A stretch of 64,000 nt of DNA from Eledone cirrhosa (lineage: Eukaryota): NCBI GenBank assembly GCA_964016885.1, contig OZ024740.1:254634001-254698000 (forward strand), read 5' to 3'. This document shows positions 1 through 15,139 of the stretch, in pieces; the first letter of the stretch is position 1, and every line of letters begins with the position of its first letter. Made by a program: the position numbers and the translations under genes. Under the pieces are notes generated by a model that saw only the letters and a program-made list of their open reading frames with translations, was not told the DNA's origin and searched no databases.

Positions 1-2110
<2,110 letters not shown>

Positions 2111-2585
2111 GTATTATCAATTGGAAAGACCAACGGAAACATTGTTCCCTCGGTCCGATTTGACAAAAGTCGATCGTTCCTATATATAAGTATGTGTGTG
2201 TGTATATATATATATGTGTGTATATATATATGTATGTATATGTATGTGTGTGTGATTGTATTTATTTATATGTATGTATGTGTAATTGTGTGTATTGCTT
2301 ATCACGTGTGTTCGTTCATTTATTTGTTTCCTTTCCTGTATCGCTGTCAACGTTATAATTTTTACATTTATTTTTATTTTTATGTGACGGCTTATTGTTT
2401 TTTATTTTTATTATTATATTTTTTCTTATTATTAATTGTGTGTGCGCGTATGTAGGTGTGTGTACATATATTTATATTTGTGTGTGCGTATGTATGCTTG
2501 TATATATGTGTGTATGTATGTGTGTGTATATACGTGTGTATATATGTATGATTATGTGTGTGTATATACATATATATATATATAT

Positions 2586-2856
2586 TTCGTTTCTGAATTT
2601 TTTAGCAAGATTCTTTATCTGAAAACGTGTGTTGAAACCGATATTGTTATGCTTTGTGAGGGTCATGTTGCCAATAAGAAACACACGCACCAGTTGCTTT
2701 CACTTCAATATATTATAAATTATATGAACAATCGTCTGGTTGTGGAACCAACCAACCAACCGGAAATTTATAAATTTAATTTATAATAAATTGAAGTGAA
2801 ACAACTGGTGCGTGTGTTTCTTATTGGCAACATGACCCTCCTAAAGCATAACAATA
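2586..2856. mobile_element. Inverted pair of family A' PLE pLTR fragments
   Basis: 2586-2762 (-) and 2747-2856 (+) match the 3' terminal repeat at 23840-23995. Confidence 0.75.
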
Positions 2857-2868
2857 TATATATATATT

Positions 2869-2940
<72 letters not shown>

Positions 2941-3254
2941 GTGTGTATGTTTGTGTATTTGTGTGTATGTGTATGTATGGATATGTGGATATATATGTAT
3001 GTATGTATATGTATATGTATGTGTATTTGTACGTGTATATATATGTGTATGTATATGTATATATGTATATATGTATATATCTATATATGTATATATGTGT
3101 GTGTATGTATATATATATGTGTGTGTGTGTGCATGTGTGTTTATCTACTTTTATACTTATTCTTTTTCCTTTCCTTCTTCCTTTTCCAGCCTCACTTTCA
3201 TATAGATTATATTTTTGTTTTTAAAATCCACTGTCATTAAATACACCTGGATTT

Positions 3255-3315
3255 TTTCATTCTGATGATTGAAAACAAATCTTGTTTGCTTTCAAGAAAC
3301 CACTGGCAAATGAAA
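3255..3315 (+). ncRNA. Type I hammerhead motif (cleavage triplet mutated to GCA)
   Basis: tttcatt-CTGATGA-ttgaaa..tttcaa-GAAAC-cactg-GCA-aatgaaa. Confidence 0.6.
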
Positions 3316-3339
3316 TAATTATCTTATATATATATCAAT

Positions 3340-3730
3340 GGTATTAATAAATGGAAACTATATTTATAAAACCATATTTATGCTATTATATATATTTCAT
3401 GGGTACCAAAACTTTGGTATGCACTCATCAGATAAAATACAAAGTTTGTTCTATAAATATTGACATATACAGGAATGAGAACTTAACAGTTCAAGTTATA
3501 TCTGGATAGAGAACTTGAACCGTTAAGGTCTCATTCCTAGATATGTCAATATTTATAGAACAAACTTTGTATTTTATCTGATGAGTGCGTACCAAAGTTT
3601 TGGTACCCTTGAAATATATATAATAGAATAAATATGGTTTTATAAATATAGTTTCCATTTAATAATATTATTGATATTATACTCCAGAAAACTGTCGAGT
3701 GCTTCGAATCTGTTATAAATATATAAAATA
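3340..3730. mobile_element. Inverted pLTR pair of a PLE-type element, each arm with a hammerhead
   Basis: ~3345-3495 is the reverse complement of ~3510-3665. HHR motifs at 3383-3437 (-) and 3571-3629 (+). Confidence 0.8.
3571..3629 (+). ncRNA. Minimal type I hammerhead ribozyme
   Basis: attttat-CTGATGA-g..gtacca..tggtac..-GAAA-TATATA-TA-atagaat; palindromic stem III ATATATAT. Confidence 0.75.
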
Positions 3731-3739
3731 TCCTTTTGC

Positions 3740-3783
<44 letters not shown>

Positions 3784-3785
<2 letters not shown>

Positions 3786-4492
3786 ACTTGTCTCTTCCTA
3801 TCTTTCCGTTGCAATACCATCCTTTTGTTTGTTTACATGTCTCGCTCGCTTCACGCTATTTTACTTGTCCCAATAACTTTATTTAATTATTGCTCGCACA
3901 AACCAGAGGTATATGATTTTTAAAGCGATGAAATACCAATGAAGGTTGGAAGATCACTGATGAAGGACTAATTTTATTCATATGTAACCCATGTGCAACC
4001 ACGCAGCACTCCATTTTTCTTATATTTATATTTTTTACTCAGCTGCGATTGTCTGTTTCTTTCTTACTGCTTCCACTCTATCTGTATCTCTCACCTTCTT
4101 TTTACCCCCTCTACCAGTCACACTCTCTCTCAGCTGGCCTCTTCCTCACACTTCCACTCACTCACTCTCTGCTTCTCGTCCTCTCTCACTTCCTCCCGTT
4201 TGACCTGTGTAAAATCCTTTTCTCGCGCACATCTCATCCATGTCGGATGGTCTGTATCTCTCGTCCATGAATTCACCAAGCTTAAGCTTATAGATATCAT
4301 GTACTTGTCTCTTCCTATCTTTCCGTTGCAATACCATCTTTGTTTGTTTACATGTCTCGCTCGCTTCACGCTATTTTACTTGTCCCAATAACTTTATTTA
4401 GTTATTGCTCAAACCAACCAGAGGTATTGATTTTTAAAGCGATGAAATACCAATGAAGGTTGGAAGATCACTGATGAAGGACTAATTTTATT

Positions 4493-4494
<2 letters not shown>
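3784..4494 (+). mobile_element. Non-coding element with ~195-bp direct terminal repeats (517-bp period), PLE-pLTR-like
   Basis: 3784-3979 is repeated at 4301-4494. Each repeat ends in CTGATGAAGGAC (HHR 5' half only). Ends in (TA)n. Confidence 0.65.
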
Positions 4495-4552
<58 letters not shown>

Positions 4553-4674
4553 AAGATAGACATAGAATATTCGAAAATATTCTGTATGTTTATAATAAAC
4601 ATTTTGAAGACCTAATCGCTATAGAATAGAATACGTCACGTATTAGAATTAGATTCTCGATAAAAGCAAGGGAA

Positions 4675-4717
4675 GTAACCTACGCGTTTCATTCTTATTA
4701 GAAATCTTCAGGATTAC
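4675..4717 (-). ncRNA. Minimal type I hammerhead ribozyme (inverted copy)
   Basis: Reverse complement of the 5069-5111 motif. Confidence 0.82.
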
Positions 4718-5068
4718 ATATCCAGTGCTTTTATCGAGAATGACACAGCTAGAGACTTATAGAATACTTAGCTGTGTACAGGAACTGGTTTGAAAGAGCG
4801 GTTGCCGGTCCGGCATCGAGAATCTAATTGTAATACGTGACGTATTCTATTCTATAGCGATTAGGTCTTCAAAATGTTTATTATAAACATACAGAATATT
4901 TTCGAATATTCTATGTCTATCTTCACATATATATCGCTATTTCAGAGCATTTAATCCAATTTCTAATTTCTGCCGGACCGGCAACCGCTCTTTCAAACCA
5001 GTTCCTGTACACAGCTAAGTATTCTATAAGTCTCTAGCTGTGTCATTCTCGATAAAAGCACTGGATAT

Positions 5069-5111
5069 GTAATCCTGAAGATTTCTAATAAGAATGAAAC
5101 GCGTAGGTTAC
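5069..5111 (+). ncRNA. Minimal type I hammerhead ribozyme (unit 1)
   Basis: gtaatc-CTGAAGA-tttc taataa gaat-GAAAC-GC-GTA-ggttac; palindromic stem III ACGCGT; cleavage predicted after 5105. Confidence 0.85.
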
Positions 5112-5378
5112 TTCCCTTGCTTTTATCGAGAATCTAATTGTAATACGTGACGTATTCTATTCTATAGCGATTAGGTCTTCAAAATGTTTATTATAAACAT
5201 ACAGAATATTTTCGAATATTCTATGTCTATCTTCACATATATATCGCTATTTCAGAGCATTTAATCCAATTTCTAATTTCTGCCGGACCGGCAACCGCTC
5301 TTTCAAACCAGTTCCTGTACACAGCTAAGTATTCTATAAGTCTCTAGCTGTGTCATTCTCGATAAAAGCACTGGATAT

Positions 5379-5421
5379 GTAATCCTGAAGATTTCTAATA
5401 AGAATGAAACGCGTAGGTTAC
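5379..5421 (+). ncRNA. Minimal type I hammerhead ribozyme (unit 2)
   Basis: Identical to 5069-5111, 310 nt downstream. Confidence 0.85.
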
Positions 5422-5579
5422 TTCCCTTGCTTTTATCGAGAATCTAATTGTAATACGTGACGTATTCTATTCTATAGCGATTAGGTCTTCAAAATGTTTA
5501 TTATAAACATACAGAATATTTTCGAATATTCTATGTCTATCTTCACATATATATCGCTATTTCAGAGCATTTAATCCAA

Positions 5580-5622
<43 letters not shown>

Positions 5623-5779
5623 CTCCCTAACGTTCTGTTTCAGTGTATATATATTTTTCCCGTTATTTTATTTTATTATATTTTATTTTTTATTTTATAT
5701 TTGCTCATTTATTTCAGTCTCGCTTTCAATTGTAATAGCTTTTCTTTTTAATTTCATATCACACATCCATATTATAATC

Positions 5780-5850
5780 TTCATTCTGATGAATGATTTC
5801 AGACATATGTGTTGAACTCGCCTGTCTTCGTGAAACCTTTGGTAAATGGG
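5780..5850 (+). ncRNA. Type I hammerhead motif
   Basis: tcatt-CTGATGA-(~39 nt)-GAAAC-ctttg-GTA-aatgg; same family as 13373-13442. Confidence 0.65.
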
Positions 5851-5974
5851 ATAATTGTATTGTGTTGTTTATTACATAATTAAATAGCTTTGTAGCATAC
5901 ATAGAGCACTCTCCCTTCCTTTACCCTTTCTACCGAAATACTTCATATATATATATATATGCGTGTGTATACTC

Positions 5975-6745
5975 TTTTAGACTTTTACTCTTTTACCTGT
6001 TCCAGCCATCCGGCTGAGGCCATGCTGGGGCACCGCCCTTGTTGCTACACATTTTATCTCCAGCCTGTATTGGTTGGCCACTGGTGCAAGAGGGAGTTCG
6101 TTGCTGCTGCCCTAGGTTTTCCTCGTGTCTTGCTGCGGGCTCATCCAGGATCCTGGATAGTAAGGTGTCGAGATGTTTCTTGAAGACATCCACCTCCACA
6201 CCATGCAGATCTCTCAGATCCCTCGGCAGCTTGTTGAAGAGCTGAGGGCCCTTGAACCCCAGGCTATTGCAATATCTGCTCCTTATTCTAGATGTGGAAG
6301 ACGCGACCTTTGGCACCACACAGTGACGTTCTGTTCGACGGTTGGTCCAGCTCCCAATGCCAAAGTTTGGTGCTAGTCCCTCCAGGATTATCCGCATGTA
6401 GATCACTGCGTATCTTTCCCGTCTTCGTTCCAAGGAGTAGAGATTCAGTTCTTTTAGCCTCTCCCAGTAGCATATCTCCTTCATCGTCGCAATCCTCTTT
6501 GTGTAGCTTCGCTGGATTGCCTCAAGCTCCGTGGTTAGTTTGACACTATGGGATGACCACAACAGGGAGCAATAGTCCAGGCCGCTTAGGATAAATGTCC
6601 TCCATGGTGTCAACATGGTGTCTTGGTCTCTTGTCCGGAAAGTCCTCAAGATCCAGCCAGTGAGTCGTCTGCACATTGTCGTCAATTTCATGATGTGTGA
6701 GGAAAAAGATGCATCGTCGCTCATGTCTATACCCAGGTCTCGTAA
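5975..6745 (-). mobile_element. CR1-type LINE, 5'-truncated ORF2 C-terminus and 3' end
   Basis: DYCSLLWS..ELEAIQRSYTKRI..LYSLERRRERY..GPQLFNKLP; near-identical family copy at 48538-50075. Confidence 0.85.
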
Positions 6746-6979
6746 GGATGAAAGTGAACCTCGGCAGGATTTTAACTCACACTATAAAGGGTCATAACTC
6801 TATGCCACAAAGCATGGTGTCCACCTCTCTACTGATACTGCCAATCCCCCGCCCTCTTTAATAATAATAGTGTATTTCTAACTATCATTTTTTCTTGTAT
6901 TAATATTGGCCTCTCTTTTTCTTCTTCCCTTATAAATTATCCTAATAATTATTTAAATTTACCTAGCGTCTAAATATAA

Positions 6980-7075
6980 CTGTTTCTACTTTTGGCACAA
7001 GGCCAGCAATTACCCCAGTGCATTACTGGTACATTATTTTATCGACCCCGTAAGGATGAAAGGCAAAGTAAACCT
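6980..7075 (-). mobile_element. SINE fragment (octopus OK-like family)
   Basis: tgtttctacttttggcacaaggcc..actggtac..tcgacccc..ggatgaaaggcaaagt; other copies at 39071-39240 and 50769-50890. Confidence 0.7.
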
Positions 7076-7232
7076 ACCGATCTTTTTTCAGCCTTACGTT
7101 TCAACCTCATTTACATATTCATCTTAAAGATTTGAAATGTTTCTTTCACTATCCAAACCGATAAGGTCTGGTTTCTTGGGTATGTCACCATTTAGAAAAC
7201 AAATTTTGTATTTTATCTGATGAGAGCGTACC

Positions 7233-7946
<714 letters not shown>

Positions 7947-8091
7947 TATATAATAAAATAAATATGGTTTTATAAATATTGTTTCCATTTATTAATATCA
8001 TTGATATTATACTCCAGAAAATCTATAGAGTGCTTCGAATCTGTTATAAATAAATTTGTTGAATAACCAACAAATTAAATATCTCTTTGCT

Positions 8092-8238
<147 letters not shown>

Positions 8239-8279
8239 CACATACATATAGATAGATTGATATACATACACATATACAT

Positions 8280-9138
8280 GATGGCTGCAAACTCTGCGAA
8301 GAGTATTGCAATCGCTTGTCAGATTCAGAGGTGTGACGGTCGGATATGGCTTTTCAAGTCTACTAGAAACTTGCACTCCGTCACACACTGACGACAACCA
8401 TGGATCTTCCAGGCTTGATGTCTTGCATCAGGTTGCCTGTGAACCCTCACAATACCGTGTAGATCATAGTCCATTGGTTCTCTTTGAACATGGCTGCGAC
8501 TGTGGCTCCTGAGACCAGATTTGTTGAAGCAAATCTTTCTACACTCAGGGCACACCAATTCAATGGAGACACCAATCGTTTCGAGAGATACACCAAGGCA
8601 TTGCTTACGCACATCCCGTTTGATCTTCTCGTTCTCTTCTTAAAATTATGGACCCCATCATTCACTATTCCACGCCAAGTTTCTCTTTCAAGAACCTCTA
8701 TCTCGCAGTCAGCCATCATCAAACCAGTTTTTTTCAATGAGTCCTTTACACAATCCTTGAATCGGAGCCTTTGTTTGTGAAGTCGTCTCTTACCCTCACA
8801 AAGTTGGCCATACAAAAGTTGTTTTGGGATTCGATCATCCTTCATTCTGCAGAGGTGTCTGGTCCATCGCAAACGCCGTTGGTGTATGATACTCTCAATG
8901 CTCCGACACTCACTTCCCTCAAGGACCTCAACATCACTGACATACATCTGTCCCTTGATACCGAGAATCTTTCTGAGACACTGCTGGTGAAATCGTTCCA
9001 GTCTTTAGATATGCCGTTTGTAGGCAACCCATGTTTCACACGCATACAGCAAAGCTGACAGTACACATGCAACATACATTCTCACCTTGGTCTTCATTGT
9101 GATTCCTCGCCTGCACCAAAGTCGGTTGCTGAGCCTTC
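8280..9138 (-). mobile_element. RTE (BovB-like) LINE 3' fragment
   Basis: TKVRMY.ACVLSALLYACETW..RRLRWTRHLCRMKDDRIPKQLLYGQL..C2H2-like CPECRKICFNKSGLRSH. Confidence 0.85.
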
Positions 9139-9216
9139 CAAATACATACATATATATATACATATATATATACACATACATACATACATACATGTGTGTG
9201 TGTGTGTGTGTGTACG

Positions 9217-9303
<87 letters not shown>

Positions 9304-9409
9304 TAGGATTGGTGCTCTGAAATAGCGATGTATACATGAATATATGTATAGTATATTTGGCAATATACTGTATGCTGAATTAAAACATTTTGAAGACCTT
9401 GCGCTATTA

Positions 9410-10220
9410 TTTTAAAGTAGTGACTAAAAGAATTTCACACCATTATAAATGGGCTCAACACGAATATTAATTTTACAATGGAATACAGCCATCAACAACT
9501 CCCCTTCCTCGACATCCTCATTAAGATTCATAACAAAAAAATAGAAACAGACATATACTACAAACTCACAGACTCTAAGCAATATCTTCCTTTCAATTCA
9601 TGCCACCCTAGACACGTTAAAACTAATATTCCCTACAACTTGGCCAAGAGAATCTGTACTATAGTTTCCAATAAAACCACCTGTTACTTACGTCTACAAG
9701 AACTAAAGGACACACTCATAAGCAGGGACTACCCTGCATCACTAACTGACAATGGAATCCAACGTGCCCTAAAACTCAGTACCCAGGACCTTAGACACCC
9801 TAAAGTTAATCAACCGAAACTAAAAGCTCTTCCATACATCTCCTCTTCAACAATGAGGCCTTTGAGGGTTCAGAATTCTATTTCAAACAAGGACAACATT
9901 TTATAGTAAAACACAATTTCACATGCGCATCAGAAAACCTAATATATATATTAACTTGCTCAGGTTGTCGAGAACAATACATAGGCCAGACTAAAAATAG
10001 CCCCCGCCAACGCATGACTGTCCATAGATCCCAAATCAAAATACGGGAATACAGAAAAATACCACTGAGTGAACACATTGATACCTGTGTCGCCAAAAAT
10101 CATCCCAACTTTAGAATCTTTCCCCTCTACAAATTTAAAGATAATGCCACCCACACCCTGCGCATCAGCAAGTATCTCACTTTATTAACAGATACGGACC
10201 CCGTCTAAACACTTCTTCCT
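9410..10220 (+). mobile_element. Neptune-like PLE fragment (RT thumb plus GIY-YIG), internally deleted
   Basis: LPFLDILI..TDIYYKLTDSKQYLPFNSCHP..IPYNLAKRIC; then FTCASENLIYILTCSGCREQYIGQT. Confidence 0.8.
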
Positions 10221-10832
10221 AAGACGAACCCACAACATACACACGTTGACATACATACCTACATCAGCATACATCCTACATACATTTCTATCCACATATA
10301 AACACAATGACATAAGTAAACACACATGTTCTATGGTGCAACACAAATATACACAAATTTGCATACCTTTTGATGTTTATAGATATACACGTACCGACAG
10401 GACACACATACACATACGCACACATGTATTGCACATTGATGGGTGCATACATATTTGTACACAAGTATCCCATACGGCAAGGCCTAATGGATTCCCCTTG
10501 CAGTACGTACAATCTGGACTCACAGACGCCTTGTTGTTATGACAATACTATACATCATTTCACCTCTTTTATTATTGATGTTATTGGTGTTCTTTTGAGA
10601 GAATCGTTTTTGCAAATGACTGAAAATATCGAATAATGTACGCCATTTTTACCAGTACCACAAAAATACTGGTCCTTCCACACACACACACATACACACA
10701 CACACTTCTCCGTATAAGACAAGAAAGAGCTGAAAAATATGTTTCAACATGTAAAAATACCCCCCCCCCCCACACACACACATTCCTACTGACCGATTCA
10801 TTTCCATTATCACAACAATGAACCACTTTGCT

Positions 10833-10864
<32 letters not shown>

Positions 10865-11395
10865 TCACATATTTGTCTTAATAGACACCTGAACTGTTGA
10901 CCTCTCAACCTGACTGTAACTCAGTCAAGCGGAAAAGGACACTCTTCGACAAACCTACATTTGGCGCGAAACCAGTTCGCACTAAAATCAATTTAAACAT
11001 TCACGTGACTTCTACCGACCAATCAAAATTGTTTTGACTACAAGAATTTTTGCAACACGAATTGGCACGAAATTTATAGTGCTTATTCACGTGACATTCA
11101 ACAACCAACCAAATTTTAATACCTCCCAAGCCACTTTTTTCACATAAAACAGGAAGAATTTCCAAAACTGATCAGATTAGAGCAAAAATCGCGAACACTC
11201 TATCTCAAAATTATTTTTCATAAGCATAAGAAATGCGCAACCGGTAAAAAATTAAAACTAAAACTGAATGCTAACTAATACTTATTACTAATTTAAACTT
11301 ATTCCTAATTAAACTATTTTGCACTGGAAAAAATTTGTCAACATTTTCTTTTCCTTTTTACTAATATATCACAACTCATGTGTCACACCTCTATT

Positions 11396-11463
<68 letters not shown>

Positions 11464-11573
11464 ATTATATAGATAATTATATATATAATTATATATATAT
11501 ATAAATATATGTATATATATAATTATATATATATATCATTATATATATCATTATATATATATCATTATATATA

Positions 11574-11668
<95 letters not shown>

Positions 11669-13548
11669 GTCGCATCCTTTCGACATCCAGAAAAAAGATT
11701 TACAACAGCTCTGGCTAGCAGAATATGGGATTTGAAAGACCAAGGTATCCAATATAAATTGGATTGGTCAATTTTGAACCAATCTAAAGAATATGCAAGA
11801 GGAACAAGAAAATGCACGCTCTGCATAAATGAAAAATATTGGATCTTGCAAAATCTTAAATCACCAAAGACCTGCCTGAACACAAAGACGGAAATTTTCA
11901 CCAGTTGCCCACACATGAAATCACACCTGCTTTCCAGCTCATATAAACTTAACACACTTTCAGATACTTATCCTCCATAAACTCTTATTATTCTCTTTAT
12001 AACTACCCTTTCTGATTTACTTTCATTTTTATCCTTATTACTAATTTCATTTTTATTTTTATTTTTATTTTTATTTTTATTTTTATTTTTATTTTTATTT
12101 TTATTTTTATTTTTATTTTTATTTTTATATTTTTTTATTTTTACTTCACATCCACCAATAACCCCCCCCCCCCTCTTTATTCTCCGATTCACTTACCTAA
12201 TATCTTCGCTTTCCACTTTTTACTTCCCTATTTTCTTCACTAACTGAATACGCAGTCACTTGCGTTTTCCACCCCAGATATTTTTTATTTTTATTTTTAT
12301 TTTTTATTTTTTCGCAGCCAATCTTATAATTTTAATTTTGTACTTACTTATCCACAAGTTTTTTACACCCTGTATCTATGTGTCTGAACGCATTAATGTG
12401 TGTATACTTCCTTATATGTACACGAGCGCCTCCGTATGTGAGCGCGCGTGCGTGTATATATATATATATGTGTGTATGTATATGTGTCTTTATATCCGTG
12501 TTTTTACATCTATGTTTTTTGTTTTGTTTTTTCTTCTTCCTTTTTTACATCCTCATTTTTATGCGTGTGCATGCAAACAGGTCAATATGCGTGAGTGTAT
12601 GTATGTGTGTGTGTGTGTGTGTACGTACCGAATGTATGGATGTGTAAGTGTGCGTGTATATATAAGCATGTATATTTTTGTGTGTGTGTGTGTGCGAGTG
12701 TGTATACAGTCGCGTGCGTGCGCGTGATTAGATATACATGGAGCGAGGCGTATATGCGTATATATGTGCATCCTGTGTGTGTAGATGTGCTTGCATACGC
12801 TTTTGTCTGCACGTTTTTTGCGTGTATATATATATATTTCTTATAGATATACGTTTCTTGTAGATATACGTGTGTGTGTACGCGTGTACCTTGTTTGTCT
12901 TCTTTTCTTTAATTTTTTCTTCCTAAATTATTGTTCCATTTTTATAAATATATCGAGAATGATACTTTCTTTTAATTATTACACTCCCTTACCTCTTTTA
13001 CTTCCGCATATAAGTGTACGTGCGTGTGGGTGTGTTTATACGCGTGCCTTCATATTCTTATAATGTATCTATTACCCTATTTTTTCTGTGTACCTGCCAA
13101 ACAGAAAACCACATCATGTCTGTCTGTAGCTTACAGATACACAGATATATTTACGCACACTTTTTCACTATACGTATACATTTGTACATACACATATATG
13201 TACATCTGTGAGCGTATATACATACATATACACACACCTAACTATATTTCTTGAAAGATTTTTATATATTTCATATGGCTATTGTAATTCATTTGTCTAT
13301 ATTTATATAATTTTTTTTTTTTTTTGCTTTTCTTGATGAGACTTTCCAAGTATTTAGCCATGTTTTATATTGCCTCGTCTGACGAACGAATGAAGACGTT
13401 TCTTTCGTATTCGCCTCATTCGGGAAACCTCTGGTAATGAGGTAATTATATTGTATTGATTTTTATACATTAAATTTTGCTCTGGTACTTACATAGAGCA
13501 CTCTTCACTTCTATGACCTTTTCTGTTTTCAACGGAAATTTCAATACT
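11669..13548 (+). mobile_element. Hydra-clade-like PLE 3' fragment with long microsatellite-rich 3' UTR and pLTR
   Basis: LDWSIL..Y..G.RKCTLCINEKYWI..LNTKTEIFTSCPH (W/CxLC/LN.xE/CxH C-terminus); HHR at 13373-13442. Confidence 0.75.
13373..13442 (+). ncRNA. Type I hammerhead ribozyme
   Basis: cctcgt-CTGACGA-acgaatga..tcattcgg-GAAAC-ctctg-GTA-atgagg; stems I, II and III all pair. Confidence 0.85.
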
Positions 13549-13579
13549 TATATATATATATATATAATTATATATATAC

Positions 13580-14470
13580 ACAGTTCAAGAGTAACCAATC
13601 TTTAAAAGAGAGATGGAGATAGGAGAGGAGATAGGAGAGCAGAGATTGGTGAATTAGTTAGAAGCCAAAGCGTAAAGGCATGTGCTCAATGTGCAATATG
13701 CAGTAGAAAGCAGCTAGGTGGCTGGGTTCATGCAGAAGTTAGGTGCGCAGAGCTGCAAATATTCATTAGTTAAGCGAAACAAGACCACAAATTTCACAAG
13801 GAAGACATTATTAAAAGATTGTCATCATATTTTAGTTTGATGTAAGGAATGTAGAGAATAATAATAATAATGTCCGTTTACAATTGTTTCGCTACTCCAT
13901 ATAATATTTCTGGATCAGATGACTATATATCATTATTGATCTGGTTCAGTTGAAAATAATTAACATATTTAAAAACAGAGCGGCTCATCGGAACTTCAAA
14001 GGGATATAAATTAAAATAAGGAGAGAATGTTACATAATGTAGTGTTCCATATATTGGTGTTTCACTATGGTGTCCTGGTTGTATCAGTTGTCAGCCATAA
14101 TCAAGCAGTATTCATCTGTCGATGCAGCATTGTGTGAGATCTGCCTATGGGTAACAAGATGGCTGCCAAAGGACATATTTACCTTACTAATTAGAGGGTG
14201 GTTTCAGGGGAAGTAACTCCTCAAGAGATTAGAAATTGTGGGTAGTTTATAGTTAAGTGCTAATTTTAAAATTTTTTAATAATGATATATAGTCATCTGA
14301 TCCAGAAATATTATATGGAGTAGCGAAACAATTGTAAACGGACATTATTATTATTAATATTATTATTGTTATTCTCTACATTCCTTACATCAAACTAAAA
14401 TATGTTGACAATCTTTTAATAATGTCTTCCTTGTGAAATTTGTGGTCTTGTTTTGCTTAACTAATGAATA
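13580..14470. mobile_element. PLE-type non-coding remnant with inverted repeat
   Basis: 13761-13937 is the reverse complement of 14279-14469. HHR-like motif at 13876-13994 (-). Confidence 0.65.
13876..13994 (-). ncRNA. Hammerhead motif, CCGAUGA core, ~95-nt stem II
   Basis: gtt-CCGATGA-gccgct..(long)..agc-GAAAC-AATT-GTA-aac. Confidence 0.55.
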
Positions 14471-14546
14471 ATTATATATATATATATAATTATATAAATA
14501 TATATATATAATTATAATTATATATATATATATAATTATATATATA

Positions 14547-14658
<112 letters not shown>

Positions 14659-14756
14659 TATATATAATTGTAGTAAGGTTGCTTGGATGCGTCCACAAGC
14701 AGAGTAGGATAATATGGAAAACGAAGAATCAGTGATGCACCGGAACACAATTTATT

Positions 14757-14849
14757 ACGTATTACAATTGTTTCTCCGGCGAACTGCTCGAGGTGCGATC
14801 CGTTTGTGGATCGAACCTGACTCTGGATTCGCAAGTTCCTCAGATACGT
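14757..14849 (-). ncRNA. Type I hammerhead ribozyme with branched stem II
   Basis: acgtat-CTGAGGA-..gcgaa..cgatcc acaaac ggatcg..ttcgc..-GAAAC-AATT-GTA-atacgt. Confidence 0.8.
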
Positions 14850-15076
14850 CTAGTGATTTCGAAGCAAATCCTCTTTCTGCTGGTATCCGACCTTTCGAAT
14901 TGTTATCATCTGTCATCATCCTGTTTGCGGGGCACTTCGATTGGTTGATAGTTCACGAGGTCATCTTTGTGCTTGACCATTTAAATCTGGCTACTGACCA
15001 TTTCTATTCACGCGTGAGCTGTCACTCTCCCAAATTCCGTCGCCAGGATATATATATAGTTATATATATATATATA

Positions 15077-15135
<59 letters not shown>

Positions 15136-15139
<4 letters not shown>

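Larger units (their letters stand above)
4547..5587 (+). mobile_element. Retrozyme-like array: inverted partial copy plus ~2.5 tandem 310-bp units, each unit with a hammerhead
   Basis: The unit recurs at 4821/5131/5441 essentially identically. 4547-4815 is an inverted copy. (TA)n on both sides; no ORF. Confidence 0.85.
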
